From Bacteroidota bacterium (GTDB lineage Bacteria > Bacteroidota > Bacteroidia > UBA8524): 63,669 nucleotides of DNA. The stretch's first letter is position 1; each line of letters starts with the position of its first letter. This document shows, piece by piece, positions 29,352-38,000 of the stretch. The stretch covers positions 1 through 63,669 of the forward strand of contig JAKFCJ010000178.1 in the NCBI GenBank assembly GCA_036676705.1, written 5' to 3'. The translations under genes and the position numbers were made by a program. The notes below the pieces were generated by a model. The model made no database searches and had not been told where the DNA came from. It was given only the letters and a program-made list of their open reading frames with translations.

Positions 29352-29412
29352 GTTAACAATATTGCAACACTTGTTGTCGAAAAGTTAACGACAAGTCCGC
29401 TACAATATTGCA
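29352..29412. promoter_or_regulatory. Structured intergenic element: two ACAATATTGCA palindromic boxes flanking a hairpin
   Basis: ACAATATTGCA occurs at 29356-29366 and 29402-29412 (the core CAATATTG is a perfect palindrome). GTTAAC occurs at 29352 and 29384. A hairpin cttgttgtcg-aaaagttaa-cgacaag lies between the boxes. Confidence 0.45.
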
Positions 29413-29422
29413 GAAAAGCTAC

Positions 29423-30169
29423 CTATTTATTCGCGAGAACAATATAATTCTCCAAAGCCATGGTCATCGACGGCACTTCGGCTGTAGGGGCAGGAATGTT
29501 CAAAACAAGGTTTGCTTCTTCGATCGCTGCGGCAGTTGTTGCGCCCCAGGCCGCTATGCGCGTGTTGTTTTGTTTGAAATCAGGGAAGTTTTCGAAGAGG
29601 GATTTGATATCGGCCGGACTGTAAAAAACGATGATATCATAAAACACATCGGTAAGATCTGACAGATCCGCAGAAACCGTACGGTAGAGAACGGCTTCCT
29701 TAAAATTTATTTTATGCTTGTTCAGAAAATCAGGGAAAGTCGCTTTTCGGATATCGCTGCAGATATATAGGTAGTTTTCACCAGGGTGGTTCTTGATGAG
29801 ATTTAGTAACTCTGCCTCAGAACCATTTCCATAGAAAATTTTACGCTTGCGCATCACGATGTACTTCTGTAGATAGTATGCCATGCCTTCATTGATGCAG
29901 AAGTATTTCATCTCAGCCGGCATTTCAAGTTTCAGCTCTTCACAAACGCGAAAAAAATGATCCACCGCGTTCCGTGAGCTAAATATGACAGCCGTATGAT
30001 CCAGAAAATTGATCCGTTCTGTTTTTCTGAAATCCTTTCCTGGGATAGGATCTACCTGAATAAAAGGACGGAAATCCACTTTCAGGTTTAACTTCTCAGC
30101 CAGGTCGTAAAAGGGACTTTTGGTTCCCTCAGGTTGGGGTTGAGAAACCAGTATGGTTTTTACTTTCAA
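29423..30169 (-). CDS. Uroporphyrinogen-III synthase-like protein (HEM4 family)
   Basis: 248 aa. The MKVKTILVSQPQPE...SPFYDL N-terminus and two-lobed layout resemble Bacteroidota HemD-like proteins. Assignment is from memory of the family. Confidence 0.55.
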   Translation of the reverse strand: MKVKTILVSQPQPEGTKSPFYDLAEKLNLKVDFRPFIQVDPIPGKDFRKTERINFLDHTAVIFSSRNAVDHFFRVCEELKLEMPAEMKYFCINEGMAYYLQKYIVMRKRKIFYGNGSEAELLNLIKNHPGENYLYICSDIRKATFPDFLNKHKINFKEAVLYRTVSADLSDLTDVFYDIIVFYSPADIKSLFENFPDFKQNNTRIAAWGATTAAAIEEANLVLNIPAPTAEVPSMTMALENYIVLANK

Positions 30170-30192
30170 GGCTCGCTACTCTTTAATTCAGG

Positions 30193-31092
30193 TTAGTAAT
30201 CCAATAATATATAAACCCATGACCATGGGCCTAATTCCAAGGCGCAAAGATACAAAATTAAATAGAAGGTTGGATAGGTAAAGCTTGAAGCGGCATGGGT
30301 AAGTGCCCGGATATTTTTCAGGAAGGCCGTAACAGCCAATAAGCTGATGATCACAATTCCCGTGATCCGTGCGTCGGGAACCTGATCATTCAGGAGCATA
30401 TACAGGAAAGCAGGGAGGGCTAATGCAGCAATAAAAAAGTTCAGAAATACGCTTGAGTATATCGCCGTGGTAACAAAATACCGGGCTTCAAAGATCCGAC
30501 CCACCAGACTGGAAAGCACAAAACGGAGCATAATAAAGGAGAAGATCAGGATGCCGAGCAGCAGATAATCGCCAAAAGGATAATCGGTCATGGCCCTGTC
30601 GTTATTCCATAAGATCCATTGCAAAGGCAGGGCATAGATCAAAGCCGTGAAAAAGCTCATCAGTATGGAGAAACCGCTTATTTCTGAGTTTTGGTCTTCA
30701 AGTACCTCGCCCAATAATTTGGGTTTTAAGAACGAGCGGAAATAGGTGAGGATAACCCCGGGGCTCACTAATCGTGCAATGCCCACGCACGACAACAATA
30801 CCAAAACAACACCAAAACGCCACCTGTTTGAAGGAAAGTGCCGCGGTTTTGGATCACCTAATATTTCCCGGTGTTTAACCCAGTTGGGCGCGTACGTAGC
30901 CTGGGTCGGAAATTGATGCATCAAAAAGCTGTCGTTGGCCAGGGAGTCGCGGTAAAATGGGTGTCCCTGCCATTGGGGGAGATAATTCACCGTGCTGTCG
31001 ATAATCGTGCTGTCGCCCGGAATTTCCGGATCCTGCCCTTTTACAAGGCTCAAAGACAGGATTAGAAATAAGGACAGGCAGATCCGGTTCAC
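30193..31092 (-). CDS. Polytopic membrane protein (DUF4271-like)
   Basis: GTG start and a signal-like N-terminus MNRICLSLFLILSLSLVKGQ, then about 6 TM helices. A DUF4271 gene commonly precedes the HemD-like gene in Bacteroidota, as I recall. Confidence 0.5.
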   Translation of the reverse strand: MNRICLSLFLILSLSLVKGQDPEIPGDSTIIDSTVNYLPQWQGHPFYRDSLANDSFLMHQFPTQATYAPNWVKHREILGDPKPRHFPSNRWRFGVVLVLLSCVGIARLVSPGVILTYFRSFLKPKLLGEVLEDQNSEISGFSILMSFFTALIYALPLQWILWNNDRAMTDYPFGDYLLLGILIFSFIMLRFVLSSLVGRIFEARYFVTTAIYSSVFLNFFIAALALPAFLYMLLNDQVPDARITGIVIISLLAVTAFLKNIRALTHAASSFTYPTFYLILYLCALELGPWSWVYILLDY

Positions 31093-32247
31093 GTGCTTAA
31101 ATTTGCCTCAAAGATATTGGCTTTGTCAGGAATTTACTTTCATATCCCCTTTTGCAGTAAAGCCTGCGCCTATTGCGATTTCCATTTTTCCACCTCAATG
31201 AAGCTTAAAACGCCCGTTCTGTCGGCTATGGCGCGCGAGTTGGCGCTAAGACTGGAAACGAACGAATGGACAAATTTGCAAAGTATTTATTTCGGAGGTG
31301 GAACTCCTTCCCTGCTTGATGCGGATGAAATTCAGCGCTTTCTGGATCTGGTCGCGAAGAAGTTTAGCCTGGATGGTATTGAGATCACCCTGGAAGCGAA
31401 CCCGGATAACCTGAACCGGGAAACACTGGCCGGGCTAAAATCGGCGGGAATAAATCGCCTGAGTATAGGCATTCAATCCTTTTTCGACGAAGACCTGAAA
31501 TGGATGAACCGCAGCCACCATGCCCGACAAGCCGAACAGTGCCTGGAAGATGCCGCTGCCGCAGGGTTTAAGGAACTTAATGCCGACCTGATTTTCGGCT
31601 ATCCCCTTCTTAGTGATGAAAAGTGGTTGGCGAATATGGAAAAAATGCTCGCCTATCCGGTTACCCACCTTTCTACCTATAGTATGACGGTAGAAACGGG
31701 CACCGCCTTACACTACGCCATCCATCATAAAAAAGAAAAACCCATGCATGAGGGACAGGCCGAAAAACAGTACCGCATGATCATGGAATTTTTGGAAAAC
31801 AAAGGCTGGGACCATTATGAGATATCGAATTTTTGTTTGCCAGGTCACCCGTCCATCCATAACAGTGCCTATTGGAAAGGAAACGAATACCTGGGAATAG
31901 GCCCATCCGCCCATGGTTATTCCGGCCGGGAACGGTATTGGAACGTGGCGAACAATGTGGCGTATATCAAGGCCATGGATGAAGGGATTTTGCCTTCCGA
32001 AACCGAGGTGCTAAGCGACAAAAATATCCATAACGAATACCTGCTTACCCGTTTGCGCACAAAACAGGGATTCAAATGGTCTGATTTTACAGAACATTTT
32101 GGCCCTGAGAAAAGAGCAGATATAGAAAAAGCGATCCGTTCAGAATCGCTTTCTCCTTATTTTATATCGGATGAAGCGCTACGCCTGAATAAAGAAGGCT
32201 ACTTACTAGCTGACTATCTGATATCGGAATTGTTTTGGACTGGTTGA
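31093..32247 (+). CDS. hemW: Radical SAM heme chaperone HemW (coproporphyrinogen III oxidase-like)
   Basis: GIYFHIPFCSKACAYCDFHF (CxxxCxxC cluster) and a HemN_C-like C-terminus. The start is uncertain: GTG 31093, or TTG 31117/31123. Confidence 0.85.
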   Translation: MLKFASKILALSGIYFHIPFCSKACAYCDFHFSTSMKLKTPVLSAMARELALRLETNEWTNLQSIYFGGGTPSLLDADEIQRFLDLVAKKFSLDGIEITLEANPDNLNRETLAGLKSAGINRLSIGIQSFFDEDLKWMNRSHHARQAEQCLEDAAAAGFKELNADLIFGYPLLSDEKWLANMEKMLAYPVTHLSTYSMTVETGTALHYAIHHKKEKPMHEGQAEKQYRMIMEFLENKGWDHYEISNFCLPGHPSIHNSAYWKGNEYLGIGPSAHGYSGRERYWNVANNVAYIKAMDEGILPSETEVLSDKNIHNEYLLTRLRTKQGFKWSDFTEHFGPEKRADIEKAIRSESLSPYFISDEALRLNKEGYLLADYLISELFWTG

Positions 32248-32317
32248 GGGTTGAGTGTTGAGTGTTGAGTGTTAATAATATAATTCAACAGAGAACCCTC
32301 AACCCTCAACCCTCAAC
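32243..32317. terminator. Long imperfect hairpin of heptamer tiles between convergent hemW and the nfu-like gene
   Basis: Left arm gttgagggttgagtgttgagtgttgagtgtt (32243-32273). Right arm accctcaaccctcaaccctcaac (32295-32317). Both stop codons lie inside the arms. Confidence 0.6.
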
Positions 32318-32889
32318 TATTCGGACTCCGCCTCTACCGCCTCAACCTCCGGAACCATCCTTTTCAGCAGATTTTCTATCCCTGCCTTTAAGGTAATGGT
32401 GGAAGAAGGACAGCCGCTGCAAGATCCTTTTAAAACAACCTTAACCACACCCTCTTCAAAACTTTTAAAGGATATGGCGCCGCCGTCCATCTCCACTGCA
32501 GGTTTTACGTGCATGTCGAGCAGGTCTTTGATCTTTTGAACGACCTCTGATTCTTCGGCTTCGCTTAGTTTTTCCTCACGAGGGGCTACGATGGCTTTGC
32601 CGGATTCCAGGTATTCTTTTACAAATGCGCGGAGTTCCTGCATGATATCCGACCAGTCGAAGGTGGAAAGTTTGCTTACGGTAACAAAATTATTCATGAT
32701 GAATACCGCATTCACATAAGGTTTTTCGAAAAGGGCGGTTGCCAAAGGTGACCTCAAAGCCGCTTCGCGCGTTTGAAAATCAGCGCTGTCGTTCGGGAGG
32801 ATCATGCGGTTGGCAACGAACTTCATGGTTTCCGGATTCGGGGTTGCCTCGGCGTATATATTCACTAATTCCTGATTTGTTGTGTCCAT
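32317..32889 (-). CDS. NifU/Nfu-type Fe-S cluster scaffold or carrier protein
   Basis: ATG at 32889 (MDTTNQELVNIYAEATPNPETMKF is an Nfu_N domain). C-terminal NifU domain with GSCSGCPSS. Confidence 0.8.
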   Translation of the reverse strand: MDTTNQELVNIYAEATPNPETMKFVANRMILPNDSADFQTREAALRSPLATALFEKPYVNAVFIMNNFVTVSKLSTFDWSDIMQELRAFVKEYLESGKAIVAPREEKLSEAEESEVVQKIKDLLDMHVKPAVEMDGGAISFKSFEEGVVKVVLKGSCSGCPSSTITLKAGIENLLKRMVPEVEAVEAESE

Positions 32890-32908
32890 ATTATTTAGAA
32901 TCGTTCTA

Positions 32909-32916
32909 CAAAGGTA
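32909..32916 (-). promoter_or_regulatory. -7 promoter box (TACCTTTG) for the nfu-like gene
   Basis: The reverse complement of caaaggta is TACCTTTG, 19 nt upstream of the ATG at 32889. Confidence 0.5.
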
Positions 32917-32939
32917 ACAATTTTCCTGCCGCAAATCAG

Positions 32940-32947
32940 TAGTTTTG
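32940..32947 (+). promoter_or_regulatory. -7 promoter box (TAGTTTTG) for hscA
   Basis: Exact TAnnTTTG match 23 nt upstream of the ATG at 32971. Confidence 0.5.
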
Positions 32948-32970
32948 CAACGAATAGAGCAGCGTTGATC

Positions 32971-34836
32971 ATGGCGAAGATTTCCATCAATATTCAATCA
33001 GGAGATATTAAAAAAGAGGAGCCCATTGTGGGCATCGATCTGGGCACCACCAATTCCCTTGTGGCCATCATCGATCCCAATACCGGGGCAGCCAAAGCCT
33101 TAAAAGGCAAAGGAAACTCGGTTATTGTTCCTTCCCTGCTCCACTTCGGAAAGGGCGGGGAGATCATTGTGGGACAAGCTGCTCATGATTTTCTTGTTGA
33201 TGCTCCTGAACGTACGGTGTACTCGGTTAAGCGCCTGATGGGTAAATCGTATGGAGATGTCAAGGACCACGCGCATTTTTTTAGTTATAAAGTCATAGAC
33301 CAGGAGGATGAAAACCTGGTAAAGGTGCGCATTGGTGACCGTTTTTATTCTCCTATTGAATTGTCTTCTTTCATCCTTAAGGAGCTTAAACTCCGGGCTG
33401 AAAATGAGCTGGGTGTGCCGGTTAAAAAAGCGGTGATCACGGTACCGGCTTACTTTAATGACTCCCAACGCCAGGCCACCCGTGATGCGGGCAAACTGGC
33501 CGGACTGGAGGTTTTGCGTATTCTGAATGAACCCACGGCCGCCAGTTTGGCCTATGGTATCGGACTCGATAAAAATGAAACAAAACATGTTGCCGTGTAT
33601 GACCTGGGCGGCGGTACTTTTGATGTTTCCATACTGCGCATCACCCAGGGGGTTTTTGACGTATTGTCGACCCATGGCGATACCTACCTGGGGGGCGATG
33701 ATTTTGACCGGGCTATCTATACCCACTGGCAAAACAAACATCACCTGAAAAATCTCGACAAAAGTGAAAGCCAGTTGCTTCGCCTGAGTGCCGAGGAAGC
33801 GAAAAAGGCCCTGGGGACCCAGCCGTCGTTCGAAAAAACCATCGAACTTCGGGGAAAAAGTTACTCCCTCAGCTTAACCGATACAGAATTAAACTCACTT
33901 ATCCAGCCGGTGCTTGAACGGACCCGGATTTCCTGCAAACAAGCTCTAAAAGATTCGGGACTTCAATTGAACGAGCTCGATGAGGTGGTTCTGGTGGGAG
34001 GATCCACACGAACCCCGGCTGTAAAAGACGCGGTAAAAAGTTACTTCCCGGGGATCCCCGTAAACGACAGCCTGAACCCCGACGAAGTGGTGGCGCTGGG
34101 CGCTGCGGTAGAGGCCGATATTTTAGCGGGCAACCGGAAAGACCTGCTTTTGCTTGATGTTACTCCCCTTTCGCTGGGTATAGAAACACTGGGTGGCTTG
34201 ATGGATGTGATCATTCCCCGGAACACAAAGGTACCGGCCCAGGTGGCAAAAAGTTATTCAACCTCCATCGACGGACAGGTAAACCTAAAGGTGAGCGTTT
34301 TCCAGGGTGAGCGTGAACTGGTCAAAGAAAACCGCAAACTGGCCGAATTTATATTGAAAGGCATCCCCTCCATGCCGGCCGGGTTCCCGAAAATCCTGAT
34401 CAAATTTACCCTGAATGCAGATGGCATTTTAAAGGTAGAGGCGATGGAAGAACGTTCGGGAGTAAAGCAGGACATCGAAGTAAAACCTCAGTACGGACTA
34501 ACCGACCAGGAGGTGGAAGCGATGCTCCTGGCTTCGATCACCCATGCTGAAAGTGATGTTAAAACGCGCCTTCTGCTGGAGGCAAAAAATGAAGCCAGCC
34601 AGATCATCTATATCACCGAACGATTCCTGGAAAAAAACCAGGCTTTGCTCTCGGATGATGAGCTCCAACAGAGTGCCCTTTTGGTGAATGATCTAAAAAA
34701 TTCGTTGGAAAGCAACGATAAGGATATACTATTGAGTCATATAGATGAGTTAAATGAATATACCCGTCCGTTTGCGGAACGAATTATGGATATTCGTATA
34801 TCTCAAGCTCTCAAAGGAAAAAGCCTTGAAACATAA
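32971..34836 (+). CDS. hscA: Hsp70-family Fe-S assembly chaperone HscA-like
   Basis: [19 protein letters not shown] and VGGSTRTP Hsp70 ATPase motifs. About 620 aa with no DnaK-type acidic tail. Divergent from the NifU-like gene. Confidence 0.8.
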   Translation: MAKISINIQSGDIKKEEPIVGIDLGTTNSLVAIIDPNTGAAKALKGKGNSVIVPSLLHFGKGGEIIVGQAAHDFLVDAPERTVYSVKRLMGKSYGDVKDHAHFFSYKVIDQEDENLVKVRIGDRFYSPIELSSFILKELKLRAENELGVPVKKAVITVPAYFNDSQRQATRDAGKLAGLEVLRILNEPTAASLAYGIGLDKNETKHVAVYDLGGGTFDVSILRITQGVFDVLSTHGDTYLGGDDFDRAIYTHWQNKHHLKNLDKSESQLLRLSAEEAKKALGTQPSFEKTIELRGKSYSLSLTDTELNSLIQPVLERTRISCKQALKDSGLQLNELDEVVLVGGSTRTPAVKDAVKSYFPGIPVNDSLNPDEVVALGAAVEADILAGNRKDLLLLDVTPLSLGIETLGGLMDVIIPRNTKVPAQVAKSYSTSIDGQVNLKVSVFQGERELVKENRKLAEFILKGIPSMPAGFPKILIKFTLNADGILKVEAMEERSGVKQDIEVKPQYGLTDQEVEAMLLASITHAESDVKTRLLLEAKNEASQIIYITERFLEKNQALLSDDELQQSALLVNDLKNSLESNDKDILLSHIDELNEYTRPFAERIMDIRISQALKGKSLET

Positions 34837-35548
34837 AATTGCGTTTATTGCCTTGTTTATGTTCCTCGCCACTGCCGCACAAGGGCAGCATTATCAAAAA
34901 GATGAGGAAGCCAAACCCGGAGCCAAACCCCAAAAAGTGGGTGTACGTATCGGGCTGGGAACGTATTGGTTAAAAGCCCCTGAAATGCAGAAGGGCAAGC
35001 CCATGACCGGTATACAGGGTGCGGTTTACTATCGGGTAGGTTTGAGCAAACGTTTTAACCTGAATATTGAGGCGGGCGCCTGTTACCGGGGTTCCCGATT
35101 CCCTGTGGACGACAAGGATACCGGATTCGTTTATTCCCGGCTCGGCCTCTTTTACCTCGAAGTTCCTGTTTTGGCCATGGTATCCATGGATAAGAACAAC
35201 AAACATATGCTGGTTTTCGGACCAACGGTTTCTTATCTGGTGAAACCCGCGCTATTCGTGGGGTCTGATAAACAAAACGGAAATGGTTATTACCCCACCT
35301 TTACCAACCTGCCCATGAACCGGTGGGAATATGGTGCAACGATCGGCTATATGCGGAATACCAAGTACGTCGGCTTGTATATCGGGTACAAACATGGATT
35401 TACGAATATTGCCGGCGATTTTGCCAATGCCAACCCCAAGCGTGATTTTGGCAATGCCGCCCCGGCAACACTGAATGAGGTTTCCCCTTCTTTACAAAAT
35501 ATCCGAAGCATATTCAACCGCAGCATCGAAATAAGCCTTTATTTTTAG
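34826..35548 (+). CDS. Outer-membrane beta-barrel protein (porin-family-like)
   Basis: TTG at 34826 gives (M)[20 protein letters not shown], a signal peptide. Alternating beta-strand pattern ending in ...IEISLYF. The alternative start is ATG 34859. Confidence 0.55.
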   Translation: MKHKIAFIALFMFLATAAQGQHYQKDEEAKPGAKPQKVGVRIGLGTYWLKAPEMQKGKPMTGIQGAVYYRVGLSKRFNLNIEAGACYRGSRFPVDDKDTGFVYSRLGLFYLEVPVLAMVSMDKNNKHMLVFGPTVSYLVKPALFVGSDKQNGNGYYPTFTNLPMNRWEYGATIGYMRNTKYVGLYIGYKHGFTNIAGDFANANPKRDFGNAAPATLNEVSPSLQNIRSIFNRSIEISLYF

Positions 35549-35550
35549 GT

Positions 35551-36792
35551 TTGCGACTCCCTTCGCTCTCCGCTCCGGCCGCAGGCCCGCTCGTCGCTCT
35601 CCTGCTGTGTTTCCCAGACCCCGGAAGTGGATTGAAGGCCCAACATTTTCTTCCCAACGGTGATTTTAAAAACCTGAATATTTGTTGCGAATACCATGTG
35701 AGTTGTGCGCCCATGGGCTGGTGGACGAGTTCCTCTTCCACCTTTAACTTTAAACCCGTTCGTTATGATAAGGCGAAACAGCCCATCCCCATGCCCGCCA
35801 TGATCAAAATGCGCGGAAAGGATGGCCTGAATGAACGGTCGTATATCCAGGCTCCTTTGTTATGCCCCTTAAAGGAGGGAGAAACCTATGAAATTCAGAT
35901 CAGCTATTCGCAAGAGAACCTTCGTTTTTCTGAGATCGGCGTGTATTTTTCTGATTCCTTTATTCATGTCCCCTCCACGCGCCATTACCAGATCGATACC
36001 TTAAGCGGATTGTTTCGGCTATATCAGTTTGACAGCTTGCTTTCTTTTCAGCCTCAACAGATTATTCCGCTTCAAACCCATCTTTTAAGTATGGGTGTAA
36101 AAACTGCCTCCATTTTGTACAGGGCGACCGGAAAAGAGAAATTTATCCTGCTCGGAAATTTTGAAGAAGATGCATTCACTCCTTTCAGAAAAGGCCTTTT
36201 TGCCCGAAGAGAAGAGGCGTCTTACCTTTCCATCCATCAAATATCCCTGGTACCCGGTTCAGGAATGACCTGCAACTGCGAAAAACAGGAGGAAATACTG
36301 GAAACACTCAATCGGCGCCACAGCTTTTTTGGAGCCTGCCGTGACACCCTGCCCGTTAATATGAATGCCTTGTTCGCGGATATTGGTGAATGGAAGGAGC
36401 GCAAGGAATATCCATCCGAACCCGGAGCGATCCCTGTACTGGAGGCAGGAAGGGCTTACCGGATCGACCGGCTCTATTTTGCATTTGATTCCGCTGTGCT
36501 TGAAAGGCGTTCCTTTCCATCGCTGGACAGCCTGGCATCCATACTCCACCAGTACCCCGGCTATTCGGTAGCCATCATCGGGCATACTGACAGCCTGGGA
36601 AATGCAGCGTATAATGAGCTCCTTTCGCTGGCCCGGGCTGAGGCAGTAAAAGCGTATTTGGTTTCACAGGGAATTGCTCCTGAAAAATTAAAGGCGCTCG
36701 GACGAGGCAGTTCGGAGCCCGTTGCAACGAATGAGACCGAAGAAGGAAGGCAGTTAAACCGAAGGGTTGAATTTATCCTCAGGAAAGAATAG
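35551..36792 (+). CDS. OmpA-family peptidoglycan-binding protein
   Basis: C-terminal OmpA-like domain: FAFDSAVL, GHTDSLGNAAYNELLSLARAEAVKAYL and NRRVEF. The N-terminal ~280 aa is unassigned. TTG start is uncertain. Confidence 0.8.
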   Translation: MRLPSLSAPAAGPLVALLLCFPDPGSGLKAQHFLPNGDFKNLNICCEYHVSCAPMGWWTSSSSTFNFKPVRYDKAKQPIPMPAMIKMRGKDGLNERSYIQAPLLCPLKEGETYEIQISYSQENLRFSEIGVYFSDSFIHVPSTRHYQIDTLSGLFRLYQFDSLLSFQPQQIIPLQTHLLSMGVKTASILYRATGKEKFILLGNFEEDAFTPFRKGLFARREEASYLSIHQISLVPGSGMTCNCEKQEEILETLNRRHSFFGACRDTLPVNMNALFADIGEWKERKEYPSEPGAIPVLEAGRAYRIDRLYFAFDSAVLERRSFPSLDSLASILHQYPGYSVAIIGHTDSLGNAAYNELLSLARAEAVKAYLVSQGIAPEKLKALGRGSSEPVATNETEEGRQLNRRVEFILRKE

Positions 36793-37663
36793 CACTTCCG
36801 GCTTCTACTTCCGGAGCGATCTTTTTCACCAGTCCCTGGAGCACTTTTCCGGGACCTACCTCAATAAACTCAGTTGCTCCGTCTTTTACCATAGCCTGGA
36901 CGCTTTGTGTCCAGCGTACCGGGGCTGTTAACTGGATCACGAGATTTTTTTGAATTTCGATCGGATCAGAGACGGCGGAGGCGGTAACATTCTGGTAAAC
37001 AGGGCAACCCGGAGTATGGAAAGGAGTCGCTTTAATGGCAGCTTCGAGTTCCTGGCGGGCAGGTTCCATTAAAGGAGAATGGAAAGCTCCCCCAACAGGC
37101 AGCACCAAGGCTCTTTTTGCCCCCGCCTCTTTCATTTTTTCGCAGGCTTCATTTACGGCTTCTATGGAGCCTGAGATAACGAGCTGTCCGGGACAATTGT
37201 AATTCGCAGCTACAACTACCCCGTTAATGGAAGCACAAATTTCTTCGACCTTTTCATCGGCCAGGGCCAGGATAGCCGCCATGGTAGAAGGCTGGGCTTC
37301 GCAGGCCTTTTGCATGGCCAGGGCGCGTTGGGAAACGAGCTTTAAACCGTCTTCAAAAGAAAGTGTATTGTTGGCTACCAGGGCAGAAAACTCACCCAGT
37401 GAGTGGCCTGCAACCATATCGGGGCGAAAGTTAGCGCCCATTACTTTGGCCATGATAACGGAATGCAGGAATATGGCAGGTTGGGTAACTTTGGTTTGTT
37501 TCAGGGATTCATCGCTTCCTTCGAACATTTCTTTGCTGATGGAAAAGCCGAGGATCTGGTCGGCCTGCTTAAACATGCTACGGGCTGCTTCATGCTGATC
37601 ATAAAGATCCTTGCCCATCCCAACAAACTGGGAACCCTGTCCGGGGAATATATATGCTTTCAT
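36779..37663 (-). CDS. fabD: Malonyl-CoA:ACP transacylase
   Basis: MKAYIFPGQGSQ, active-site GHSLGE, and VGGAFHSPLM. Confidence 0.95.
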   Translation of the reverse strand: MKAYIFPGQGSQFVGMGKDLYDQHEAARSMFKQADQILGFSISKEMFEGSDESLKQTKVTQPAIFLHSVIMAKVMGANFRPDMVAGHSLGEFSALVANNTLSFEDGLKLVSQRALAMQKACEAQPSTMAAILALADEKVEEICASINGVVVAANYNCPGQLVISGSIEAVNEACEKMKEAGAKRALVLPVGGAFHSPLMEPARQELEAAIKATPFHTPGCPVYQNVTASAVSDPIEIQKNLVIQLTAPVRWTQSVQAMVKDGATEFIEVGPGKVLQGLVKKIAPEVEAGSAILS

Positions 37664-37820
37664 GTTGATCGATTTTAACGGTTGGCTGTTTGGGAGTCAT
37701 GTTTTTTTCTTTCTCCATTTTTCTTTTGATGATGAGGATGGCCATAAACACCATGAACACCAGGGAAATGATAAAAATACGCCAAAAACGTTTTGGGTCG
37801 GGTTCAAAGGATTTAGCCAT
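37599..37820 (-). CDS. Possible small single-pass membrane protein
   Basis: Strong TM segment FWRIFIISLVFMVFMAILII followed by KRKMEKEK. The ORF runs 65 nt into fabD in another frame, so it is doubtful. Confidence 0.3.
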   Translation of the reverse strand: MAKSFEPDPKRFWRIFIISLVFMVFMAILIIKRKMEKEKNMTPKQPTVKIDQHESIYIPRTGFPVCWDGQGSL

Positions 37821-38000
37821 AGTACTCCACGTTATTCCGATTGTGTATCGTGCTGCGAAGATATAGGGATTTATGATTTCCGCCTTCGCTCATAGTGCTT
37901 TTATTCATATGGAAAAGCTGCAGAGCTTCGGCGGACGCTGTATGATTTTTGATTGAGTACCCCGTTTGACATGAAATATTACGTAGTTTCGGTTTTGGAA

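Noticed and set aside
33100-33744. 214-aa minus-strand ORF inside hscA
   Set aside because: It is antisense to the conserved Hsp70 ATPase domain and has no recognisable motifs.
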